64,000 nt of DNA, taken from Selaginella moellendorffii (lineage: Eukaryota > Plantae > Lycopodiophyta). The translations under genes were made by a program, and so were the position numbers. How positions within the stretch are numbered: the stretch's first letter is position 1; every line of letters starts with the position of its first letter. The DNA is taken from positions 749,955-813,954 of the forward strand of contig NW_003314275.1 in NCBI RefSeq assembly GCF_000143415.4, in the 5' to 3' direction. The notes under the pieces are model-generated. The model did not search any database. It had not been told where the DNA came from and saw only the letters and a program-made list of their open reading frames with translations. This document shows positions 25,748-35,428 of the stretch, in pieces.

Positions 25748-27663
25748 ATGAAGAGCAGCCCGGAACGCATCCAAGGTAGTGGCTTCCACCACAGCTTTGC
25801 ATCCAAGTCCTCGGATTTCAAGGGCAGCTTCCTCCACCTGGAGAACATCCAGGAGGATTCGGCCGTGAGCTTTCCATCGCCAACCCCGGGATTCCCCGAG
25901 CCGGAGACGCCGCAAGAGCCCCTCGAATTCCTCTCGAGGTCGTGGAGCATTTCGGCGTTTGAGGTGTCCAAAGCTCGAGCGGCATCGCAAACTTCCATCG
26001 CGACGCCGCCGCCGCCGCTGCCGTCGGCGCAGGATGATTGCTCCACCACGATCTCTTCCTCGCAAGAATCCAACTTGGAAGGAGCGCCTTTCGTGTTCGC
26101 TCCCTCGATGACTTCGCAGATGGTCATGGACAGGATAATGGTGAGAGTTTTTAAAGCTTTTCTCTTTGTGTTCATACGTGTTCTTCGCAGGAACACTCCT
26201 TGTTCACAACTCCCCGGAGGAATTCCCACAGCAGTGGACCATTGATTTTCCACCAAAACAGCGGCATTCTGGCCGCCAGCCCTCCGCCATCGCCCAAGCA
26301 ATTCACAGACGATCACCTCCATCCCCACCACCAGGTAAAGAACTTTGGCAAGCTTTCTCATCGAGCAAGAACGAATAAAATCTCTTTTTTCCCTTGTTGG
26401 TCGCTTGGATTTGCGTCGCTCTTCTCTCCAGCCCACTGCCGCCTCCAAATCATCCCATCAGCTTCGCGGGAGATCATCCGTGGGACGATGGTTTAAAGAC
26501 ATGAAAGAGCGAAAGAAAGAGCTCAGCCGAGCACATAACGCTCAAGTCCACGCCGCGGTTTCTATGGCCGGAGTTGCAGCGGCGGTGGCGGCAGTGGCAG
26601 CGGCTACAGCGGCGGCGGCGACACCATCGCCATCGCCATCGCCATCTCCGTTTTCTCCAGCGCTGGACGATCCTTCCTCGTCGTCCAAGACGACGAGCTT
26701 GGCTGTCGCTTCCGCGGCCTCGCTTGTCGCGGCACAGTGCGTGGATCTGGCCGAGAGCTTGGGAGCCGATCACGATCACATCACTCACGTTGTCAGCTCC
26801 GCCGTGAACGTGAAAACAGCGGGAGATATCATGACGCTTACTGCCGCGGCAGCCACTGGTAAGCTCTAAGTTCTGTCAAAGTTTCATCGAGTTCTTGCGT
26901 GGTTTCTTCGTGTTCTTACTTTGTTTGATCTTTTGATCTAGCTCTGCGTGGAGCCGCGACTCTCAAGGCTCGGACGCTCAAGGACGCAAAGAGCCATGCA
27001 ACCGTGACTCCCTACGACAAACACGCCTTACATTTTAACAGTGGCGACCTGGGATCCGAGGATGGCGAGGCCGAGAGCTACACGCAAGAGGTTCTTAACA
27101 GAGGATGCGAGTTTCTCAAGCGTTCCAAGAAAGGTAGCGGAGAAAAAATCGATCTCTTTAATTGACTCCTTGTTGTAGGCGAGCTACATTGGAGAACTGT
27201 GTCAGTGTATAGTGATCCCAACAATGGCCAGGTTTGTGAACATTGCTTTAGGAAATTCTAGTTTATGTTCTCATGGTCTTTGATCCATCACGCAGGTAAT
27301 TGTCAAGATCCAAAGCAAGCATATGGGACTAAGGAAGAAACGAAAAGGTTCGTTTGTTTTTCATTTCTCCTTGACCAAGGTGGCATTTTGATGCGAAGTT
27401 CTCTCTGTTTGATCTAAACAGGCATTGTTCTCGACGTGGATGCTAACATTCCCGCATGGCCGGGACGATCGCTGCTCGACAACGGCGAGCAGCGGCGATA
27501 CTTCGGATTGAAAACCGCGACTGGAATGCTCGAGTTCGAGTGTAAGTCAGAGTACGAACACCGGCTATGGACACAAGGCATAGCTCATTTACTCCATCTC
27601 TCCAGCCAACATTCTGTGGCACTCACCACAACTTCCACACAATCATCGACTAAAAGGCCATAG
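25748..27663 (+). CDS. FORKED-like / VAN3-binding protein (DUF828 auxin-canalisation plus plant PH_2 domain), multi-exon
   Basis: [25 protein letters not shown]; [22 protein letters not shown]; [11 protein letters not shown]|[11 protein letters not shown]; [30 protein letters not shown]. Confidence 0.93.
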
Positions 27664-27829
27664 CCAGGCCAAAGAAAAAAAGAAGATAGAATGAATATAG
27701 TTCTATTTGTTCTCGAGCTGGGAGCTATGGAGCCAATTCAACACACAAGAAAGCAAAGAAGTGTATAGCAAAGAGAAGAAGAAACTTCTTTCTTTCTAGT
27801 AGTACGGAAGAGTAGCACTTTGCTGCGTT

Positions 27830-28450
27830 AGGGAATCGAATGCGACGGGAAAATGCGATTGCTAATCGATTTCTTTCTGGATTCCAAGCTCGATTTCTTT
27901 GTTTTTTGAGCTCAACCTCTTCGCGTGGAGCGGAGGAGCGTTTTGCTGGGCGCTGGGACGCTGCTGGCGTCTGGAGTGCTGCAAATTTCGAGCCGGCATT
28001 TGCAGACGTGAAGATAGCTTTGATGAATGCGGAGGCGACTCGAATTCCATGCCATGGTTTTTTTCCTCGATTGCTGTTTGCTTTTATATTTGCATTCAAG
28101 AAAACAGATCTTTCATTCTCTTGGAGCTCCTCTTCTCTTTCTCCTCGTTGTTTGTAAGTTCTCTCTCACGTAAAATTGCCTCCCCAGGAGCTTTCAGAGG
28201 ACAGACAACTGGGACTGGTGGAAAAGTAACATGTTTTCAGTGCCGGTTCGGCTTGACCATCACAGAGTCTTTCAAAATGTCAATCCACAGTGTTAATCGC
28301 AAGGAGCAAGAGAAAGATTTTAGTCACAGCATTGTGAACTGGCTGAAAAGCTGGATTCGTGGCTTTCCCCGTCACTAAGATGCAATGCAGTGAGCTTTTG
28401 TTTTGTAGGTATCATAACAGTTCTCTCCTTTTCGTAGACCGAGAACCTCC
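27830..28450 (+). pseudogene. Deleted duplicate of the thylakoid-lumen protein gene at 33388
   Basis: Colinear with 33448-34138 including introns (e.g. gctgcaaatttcgagccggcatttgcagacgtgaagat) with deletions; no start. Confidence 0.85.
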
Positions 28451-28465
28451 CACTCGAGAAAAGAA

Positions 28466-28580
28466 AAGGTTCGTTACTTTCTTTTCTCCTCCATCGCCAT
28501 GTTCAAGAGAAGTTTTCTTTCTCCGTTCTCGTCGACGTGGATGCTAACATTCCACGATCACTGCTCGACGATGGCGAGGA
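28466..28580 (+). pseudogene. Fragment duplicating FORKED-like last intron/exon
   Basis: aggttcgtt..tcgacgtggatgctaacattcc..ctgctcgac matches 27347-27490. Confidence 0.75.
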
Positions 28581-29509
28581 GATGGAGTAAATGAGCTTAT
28601 GCCTTGCGCCAAGTGCTTGTACTCTGACTTACACTCAGACTCGAGCATTCAGTCGCGGTTTTCAATCCAAAATATCGCCATGCAAGTGTAAAGCCAATCC
28701 ACTTTTTGATAGTAAACCATGGTACTTATACATTAGCTTAGTAAAACAACGATGAGCTAGGGTTTAACAGAGTACCATTGGATATTAGCCTACCAGCGCC
28801 AAGCAAATTCAGTTTCTTTTTTATTCTTTCTAACAGACTGCAATCAAACTCAAGCCAAACTGTTGCAATAGCGAGACAACGTCTTTTCTTGCACTAAAAA
28901 ACCATTCTCTTTAGCATTGTTTACTTTCCCATTGCTTATCTGCAACCTAGGGTGGCCACCTAGAATAAATCTCTGGATATGGGTGCGTTCAAAACAATTC
29001 AAAAACAAAACAATCTCTACCCAAAATTTATCCATATGAAACTTTATATGTATTATACTTCTATAGGTATTCACACCCTTACAGTACACCTATCTGAACC
29101 CTAAAAAAGAGTAGCCACTGTGATCTGTCACGCCCTGAAACTAGCACACCCAGCCATCGTAACTCTAGCCTGTGGAATTCACCTGGAATTTCTATAGCTT
29201 CTTCTTTCCCGCACTGTCCCAAGTCTCGCCCAGATCATGATCATCCTCCCAGACAGTGACCGTACAGTAACCAAACGGATGCCAATAGTCAAACGACCGG
29301 CGATCACGGGAATTCACATTTTCCAAAAAGTCTCTTACCTCACAGCTATTGCAAGGGATTCAATCGATTCGTGCCCGCCAGAGCGCCGCAGAAGCCTGGG
29401 AAGCATGCACTAGACAAAAATTATGAAACCAACTCTGCGATCACTTGAAAACATGTTGCTTTGAACAACGTTCCACCATGTTGTCTGTAAAATTCCACTA
29501 TACCTACAG

Positions 29510-29610
29510 AGGACAAAGAACAGTGGAGCTCTAAGAGCCACCTGCCGCGAGCTCCGCGGGCGCCATGCAGCAAAGCGCTAGCCCCCCAATCTTCGCCATG
29601 GAAGAAAGTA
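29510..29610 (-). pseudogene. Inverted copy of the first exon of the lumen-protein gene
   Basis: Reads MAKIGGLALCCMAPAELA vs MAKNGGALPLCCMAPAELA at 33388. Confidence 0.75.
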
Positions 29611-30324
29611 ACTCTGAACTGTAACCTGTGATTGCAGCCTTCTGAATTCGTCTAATACTTTGTACCTTGAACCCATGTCCAAGAGTACGATCATGGTGGC
29701 TGATGGGTTTGCAGTATGAGTTTGGGTGGCTTTGCTGGACAATCTCATCAGCATCGAGCTGAGTGTGTTTTGTTTTTGGCCTCAGGATTCTTGTATGTTG
29801 CAAGTATACGAAACAGAAAACGAAACAACTATCTTGGAGAATTTGGTTCAGCTGGAGCTCTTACCATCAAAGGACCACGGTAGAAAAGCAACAAAGGAGA
29901 CGAAGAAGAAGAAACCAACAGACTACCTGGTAGCCACGCTTTACCTGCAGGTATTTATTGATGCTAGAAGATCCTACCAGCGTTCCGAGCACACTCAAAG
30001 CATAGGTCCCTCTTACCTTAACTGTCCCAATTTTTATTTGTAAGACTTCTCTTTCATACACTTAGGGGTGTAGGAGTAGTAAACATAGCAAACAAAGTCC
30101 TAATTACTCGTTACTCCAGATAATCGAGGAGGATGGCATTATTTCATCAAGATGTCTCATGTTTCAGAAATCAGGTAACTTTGACTAATGATCCGGACAA
30201 AGATATTGGTGCTTGGGGGACTAAACTTGTTGATCTTAGTCATTGCAAGTGATCCGTCTCAAAATTTATAAAATTAAAGCAAAAACATTTTTTTTTAAAA
30301 ATCAAAAAGTGTTTCTTTTTGCTT

Positions 30325-31190
30325 CCACCAGCGCATGAAATTATATTGAAGCACTGTTCTGGCCAGGGATAATCCAATCCTTGGCTCCTCGTCCAAAGAG
30401 ATTGCATTTGGCGAAAGTACTGTAAATATAGTTGATGCCCAAAACAGTGACTTCGGTCATCTATGAGGCCTTTCCACTGCTTGCAAATTGATTTTACGTG
30501 GGTGTTTAGAAACACTGCTGGCAAACGCACCAATATGTTTGGGCACAACGGCAAGAGCTTCATTGTCTTGAATTCCCTCACTAGGGCCTCTCACGAGGGA
30601 TCTCAAGGTCCTGCCACCCTTTCTTGTTCTTGTTACCCTTGATCCCCACGTCTGTGACCATGCACGCATCCAGGCAGCGCTATTGCATTTGCGTTTCGAT
30701 TATGCGTGTAGTCTACTTATACGATTCGAGTGTGGAAAAGGTGGCGCCGCCTGAAAGCATGGATGTATGGGCGATCGACAACAAGGTTCACTTCTATTGT
30801 CGCCATGATGCTACCAGGGAGTTTTGTGCCTGGAAACTTTAAGCTGGTCTACAAAGTGGACGATCCACGGGTATAATATGCAAAGCCTATGTCCAGCATT
30901 AGATATTTTCAATGTCTTTGTGAAAGACTCCACATATCATCTCTCGAGGCTGGACGCTGCATCGGGAGGCTTTGTCGAGGAAACTAGTGTGCCTCAAAAT
31001 GTGAAAGAAGGCTTGTCTCATGCTCCATCTTGCTGCTACAAGGACACGATTGTGGTTGCCGGTCCCAAAACATTAGCAGTGCTGGAGTGCAAGACCAAAT
31101 CTTGGAGCACTCATGAAAACCAAAACGGTTCAAAGTTTGATTTCTTGCTTCCATTTGAGTTGTCTGATCCTTCTCAATGAAAGACAATTC
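30325..31190. pseudogene. Broken F-box paralog of the gene at 32260-33276, internally inverted
   Basis: 5' part on minus (30325-30580: LVRLPAVFLNTHVKSICKQWKGLI..ISCAGG); 3' part on plus (30580-31180: MHASRQRY..GLSHAPSCCYKDTIVVAGPKTLAVL). Confidence 0.85.
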
Positions 31191-31204
31191 GCTAACATCT
31201 ATCT

Positions 31205-31229
31205 ATATATATATATATATATATATATA
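31205..31229. repeat. (TA)n microsatellite
   Basis: Visible run of TA. Confidence 0.9.
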
Positions 31230-31764
31230 ACGATAAGACGAGGGGCTTGAGGCCGTCTGGTCGCAGACATGGTCATGGGAAATTTTGTTGATGTTGCTGT
31301 TGGCCAATGGGAGAGCGAGAGGATTGGGTGGAGCAGAATTTTGACCGGAGAGGGCGGCGAGGGTGCTGGGTAGATTGCATGGCAGGGCTTTGAGGGAGTG
31401 ATTGTTTTTATGGTGCTATCACGAGACCAGGCACGGCAAGGAGCTTGCTGGCCGTAAGACGTAAAGGTGTGTCATTTTTCTTTGTAAAAGGTGCTGTGGA
31501 TGTTTTGCTCGCGCTCCATTTGTCTCCATCTTTATCGTAATTTGCCAAGCAAGAACATGAAAACTATCACATGGCAAGGAAATGGAATACACGAGAGAGT
31601 TATCATTACATAAGAGTAGAGTGGACCTCAGGTACATGCTTTTGGTAAAAAATTGACGTTTCTGTGATTGTGTGTGTGGTTCTCAGCCTGTGAATAAAAC
31701 TTTTCTATTCTTTCCTTGATTTTGGTCTGCGATTAACACTGTGGATCACTGGAAAATCCTCGGG

Positions 31765-32230
31765 ACATTTTTGGAAGAGTCTAGATGATGCTCAAGGCGA
31801 ACCGGCATTAGACACGGTACGATGATTCAATGCAGTGAGCTTTTGTTTTGTTCTCCGGATCGATACACTCTGAGCATATGGGACTAAGGAAGAAAGAAAA
31901 GATTCGTTACTTTCTTTTTATCCTCATCAAGGTGGCATTGAAGAGAAGTTTTCTGTCTTAAACAGACATTGTTCTCGACGTGGATGTAACATTCCCGCGT
32001 GGCCTGGACAATTTTGGATTGAAAACCGCAACTGGAATGCTTTGGTCTGCGAGTATGAGCACAGGCTATGGACGCAGGGCATAGCTCGTTTACTCCATCT
32101 CTCCAGCCAACGGCACTGACCACAACTTCCACACAATCATCCATGTCAGGTGGTAGATGACAAAACTGAGCCGATTCGAAACCTTAAAAAGTAGAAGATA
32201 AAATGAATATATGGCTTCTTTATGCTCAAG
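31765..32230 (+). pseudogene. Chimeric duplicate: lumen-protein exon fragment joined to FORKED-like 3' end
   Basis: 31765-31870 matches 34012-34150; 31900-32230 matches 27345-27720. Confidence 0.8.
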
Positions 32231-32259
32231 ACGTGAACGCCATTGTTTTGTTTTCTTAT

Positions 32260-33276
32260 TCATTGACAAGAATCAAACAACGATGGTTCAAATAGAAGCA
32301 AGCACTCAAAATTGGAAACGTTTTGGTTTTCATGTTTGCTCCAAGATCTGGTTTTGCAATCCAGCACTGCCAATGTTTTGGGACCGGCAACCACAATCGT
32401 ATCCTTGTAGCAGCAAGATGGAGCATGAGACAAGCCTTCTGTCACATTTAAACTAGTTTCCTTCACAAAGCCTTTAGATGCAACATCCAGCCTCGAGAGA
32501 TGATACGTAGAGTCTTTCACAACGACTTTGAAGAAATCCAGCGCTGGGGATACAAGAAAATCTTCCCAAGGCGTATCATACCCATCGATTGTCCACTCTG
32601 TAGACCAGCTCAAATTTTCCAGATCCAGGCACAAAACTCCCAGGCGACTGGTATCAACATCATTGAGTCTTAGACAATAGTAATACACCTTGCTGTTGAT
32701 AGCCCTTGCATAGCAATGTTGCGTCCATCCTTCTATCCATCCTTCTGGCAGTGCCACCTCTTTCCAAATCCCTACACTCGAATCGTATAAGTAGATTACA
32801 CGCATAAATGCAAGGCAAATCCAATAGCGCTGCCTGGATGCGTGCATGGCCATGACGGACGTAGAGAGCATGGGCGGTGACGAAGGCGGCGGTGGGAGGA
32901 CCTGGAGATCCCCAGTGAGGGGATTCATGACAACGTAGCTCCTCATGCTGCACCCAAACATTAGACCACCAGCGCATGAAATAAGATTGAAGTCAAGTTC
33001 TGGCGGGGGGTCTACCATAATCCAATCTTTGGCTCCTCCTTGTCCGAAGGGATTGCACTTGGCAAGGCTACTACCAGAAATATAGTTGAGGCCCAAAAGA
33101 ATGGGGGGACTTCGCTCACCACCAGAGTGGTATTTGTGGTGGAGAGACTTAAACCGAGGTGACTCTATGAGATCTTTCCACTGCTTGCAAACAGACTTTA
33201 CGTGGGTGTGTAGAAACGCTGCTGGCAAACGCACCAATACCTCCTCCTCGATTACCTGGAGTAACGAATGGTCCAT
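32260..33276 (-). CDS. F-box protein (intronless)
   Basis: EEVLVRLPAAFLHTHVKSVCKQWKDLIESPRF; SCAGGL..YVVMNPLTGDLQVLPPPP; YLYDSSVGIWK. ATG at 33276. Confidence 0.9.
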   Translation of the reverse strand: MDHSLLQVIEEEVLVRLPAAFLHTHVKSVCKQWKDLIESPRFKSLHHKYHSGGERSPPILLGLNYISGSSLAKCNPFGQGGAKDWIMVDPPPELDFNLISCAGGLMFGCSMRSYVVMNPLTGDLQVLPPPPSSPPMLSTSVMAMHASRQRYWICLAFMRVIYLYDSSVGIWKEVALPEGWIEGWTQHCYARAINSKVYYYCLRLNDVDTSRLGVLCLDLENLSWSTEWTIDGYDTPWEDFLVSPALDFFKVVVKDSTYHLSRLDVASKGFVKETSLNVTEGLSHAPSCCYKDTIVVAGPKTLAVLDCKTRSWSKHENQNVSNFECLLLFEPSLFDSCQ

Positions 33277-33387
33277 TACTACAAAACTGTTTGCCCTAAG
33301 TATACACAAGTGCCCTTTTTATAAAGAAAAATGGAAAAGGTTAATAGAAAGGTAAAAGGCAACATTGTTAAAGAAGGATAGACTTCC

Positions 33388-34439
33388 ATGGCGAAGAATG
33401 GGGGAGCGCTACCGCTTTGCTGCATGGCGCCCGCAGAGCTAGCGCCAGGGAATCGAATTCGGCTGCAAAATGCGATTGCTAATCAGGTGTGGCGCCATTT
33501 CATCGATTTCTTTCCAGATTCCACGGTTTTTTCAGCTCAGTCTCTTCGCGTGGAGCGGAGGAGAGTTTTGCTGGGCGCTGGGACGCTGCTGGCGTCTGGA
33601 GTGCTGCAAATCTCGAGCCCGGCATTCGCAGACGTGAAGATTGCGTTGAGGAATGTGGAGGCGACTCGAATTCCGTGCCCTGGTAAGATTGTCTTCTCAG
33701 TGCTGCTTGGCATTCATGGATCCAGCGAAGCTTTCGTTCTCTTGGAGCTCTTCTTTTTCTTTCTCCTCGTTGTTTGTAAGCTGTCGGTTCTCTCTTTCAC
33801 GTAAAATCAATGACGCTTGCCTCCCTAGGAGCTTGTGCAATTTTTCAGAGGGACAGACAACAGTGACTGGTGGAACGTCGTTCAAAGCAACGTGTTTTCG
33901 AGTGACCGGGGAAGCCACGAATCCAGCTTCTCAGCCAGTTTACAATGCTGTAAGTGAAAAAGATTCTCTGGTTCATGGGCTGTGATTAATATACTCACCT
34001 GTGAATCATCAGGACATTTTTGGAAGAGTCTATGATGCTCAAGGCGAACCGGCATTAGATACGGTGTGATGAAGCAATGCAGTGAGCTTTTGTTTTGGAT
34101 CATGACATTCCTTTTCTTTTCGTAGACCGAGAACCTCCGGATCGATACGCTCGCCGAAATACCTCCCGGCAAGAGCAAGGTTTGCCTAATGGAAGGAAAG
34201 AGAACTTCGCTCACGCATTTTGTTCTTCCAGGTCTCCTTCCAGATCACAGTTAGCGAAGAACAAGCCAAGCTTGGGCCTCTAGAGCTCAAAAATTTCAAA
34301 GCGACAGGCTACCTTGGCAAAGTAAATAGCAAACAGGCAAGCTTTCTTATTTCTTTTGTAGTTTTTCTAAAAACAAGAGAAAATGTAGGGATCCGGTCGT
34401 CTGGATGATATCGATTTCAGCGAATTGGACAGTGACTAA
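33388..34439 (+). CDS. Predicted thylakoid-lumen protein (transit peptide plus twin-arginine signal), unknown function, ~7 exons
   Basis: VERRRVLLGAGTLLASGVLQISSPAFA (RR, hydrophobic stretch, AxA). Mature part DVKIALRNVEATRIPCP..TCFRVTGEATNPASQPVYNA|DIFGRVYDAQGEP..IPPGKSK|VSFQITV..LELKNFKATGY. Last intron GC-AG (34337-34388); stop 34437-34439. Confidence 0.75.
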
Positions 34440-34547
34440 AAAGAACTTTGCAACGTTGTGTAATTTGTGATTTACATCAAAACGTTAACAAAAAAACACA
34501 CATAATTTTCGTAGTAAATAAAAAGGATTGACAAACAAAACCACTTT

Positions 34548-34619
34548 CGCCGTTGCCGGGGATCGAACCCGGGTCGTCCGCGTGACAGGCGGAAATACTT
34601 ACCACTATACTACAACGAC
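34548..34619 (-). tRNA. tRNA-Asp (GTC)
   Basis: GTCGTTGTAGTATAGTGGTAAGTATTTCCGCCTGTCACGCGGACGACCCGGGTTCGATCCCCGGCAACGGCG; cloverleaf, GTC anticodon, upstream CAA, downstream T-run. Confidence 0.97.
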
Positions 34620-34719
34620 TTGACCATGTGAAAATTGTCCTGGTAAGCTTTGTAAATATTAGACGAATTTGCCCGGATTCGAACCCTTACATTTTCGACG
34701 GTATGGATGAGATGTCACA

Positions 34720-34780
34720 AATGCGGCCCGTCCGATCTTAGGTCACTCCACGATAAGAAGCTGTGCGAGGCTAGGGTTTG
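34720..34780. promoter_or_regulatory. Telo-box plus site II-like motif upstream of snoRNA cluster
   Basis: CTAGGGTTT at 34771-34779 (AAACCCTAG on minus); GGCCCG at ~34725. Confidence 0.5.
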
Positions 34781-34811
34781 CAGTGTAGTTCTTTAGGTTT
34801 TCTTCTGCGAT

Positions 34812-34913
34812 GGAAGATGATGCTGATCTTTCCCCGTATGATCGACACTGATTCGGCGATTTTCTTATTGAACAGCCCCTCTGGGGCGTTCGAAGCCAGA
34901 ATACTCTGATTCC
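34812..34913 (+). ncRNA. Box C/D snoRNA, guide for 25S G at yeast-2395-equivalent (snR190-like), copy 1
   Basis: GGAA..TTCC terminal stem; box C ATGATG; guide TCTTTCCCCG complementary to 25S CGGGGAAAGA before D' ATGA; box D CTGA. Confidence 0.75.
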
Positions 34914-34970
34914 TTCTTCATCGCGTCTTGCTTGTCTCTTCTCTTTTTTCATTTTCCTTGTGGAAAAGCG

Positions 34971-35073
34971 GCGAAGGTGATGTCTAATCTTTCCCCGTAT
35001 GATCGACACTGATTCGGCAAAATCTTGTTGGCTGTCCCTCGAGGGCAGCTAAAGCCAGATCGATCTGATTCGC
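34971..35073 (+). ncRNA. Box C/D snoRNA, paralog of the previous one, copy 2
   Basis: GCGAA..TTCGC stem; GTGATG box C; ~32-nt core identical to copy 1; internal hairpin GCTGTCCCTCGAGGGCAGC; CTGA. Confidence 0.78.
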
Positions 35074-35109
35074 CCCCTTCTCTTTTTTTTCAAGCTTTTT
35101 TCGTAATGG

Positions 35110-35196
35110 GTTGGGTGTGATGAAGCTTAGAACCTTACCTACATTGTCTGAAACGCTGTGTAGAGACCAAACTTTAGAGGCTGCTTCTGACCCAAC
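35110..35196 (+). ncRNA. Box C/D snoRNA, U34/snR62-like (25S Um in ACAAUGUAGG)
   Basis: GTTGGG..CCCAAC stem; GTGATGA; 15-nt guide CCTTACCTACATTGT complementary to ACAAUGUAGGUAAGG before D' CTGA; D box CTGA at 35187. Confidence 0.85.
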
Positions 35197-35428
35197 GCGA
35201 ATGCCCATCTCCGGCATCTCGAAACCAAGCTTTGAAGCGATCAAAACTCGTAGAGAACGTTTTGTTTCTCCAGATGCCATGGCAAAGGTTTTGGATGAAC
35301 TTTGAGCTTTCAAATCGAACACACCAGAACTTGTTTCGCAAACTCGCAAGCTATCCAGCAAATGCCCGGTATGGGCATCTTGAAAGAACAAAGAAACGTT
35401 TGGGACGAAAATTTAGGGCTTTTCTGGA

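Noticed and set aside
29600-30240. Exon-like fragments (VYETENETTILENLVQLELLPS..)
   Set aside because: Splice-like sites present but no recognisable family; cannot be called.
34548-34619. tRNA-Asp as a functional substrate partner of KTI12, or a tRNA-snoRNA dicistron
   Set aside because: Elongator modifies U34 tRNAs, not G34 Asp; the tRNA is on the opposite strand to the snoRNAs.
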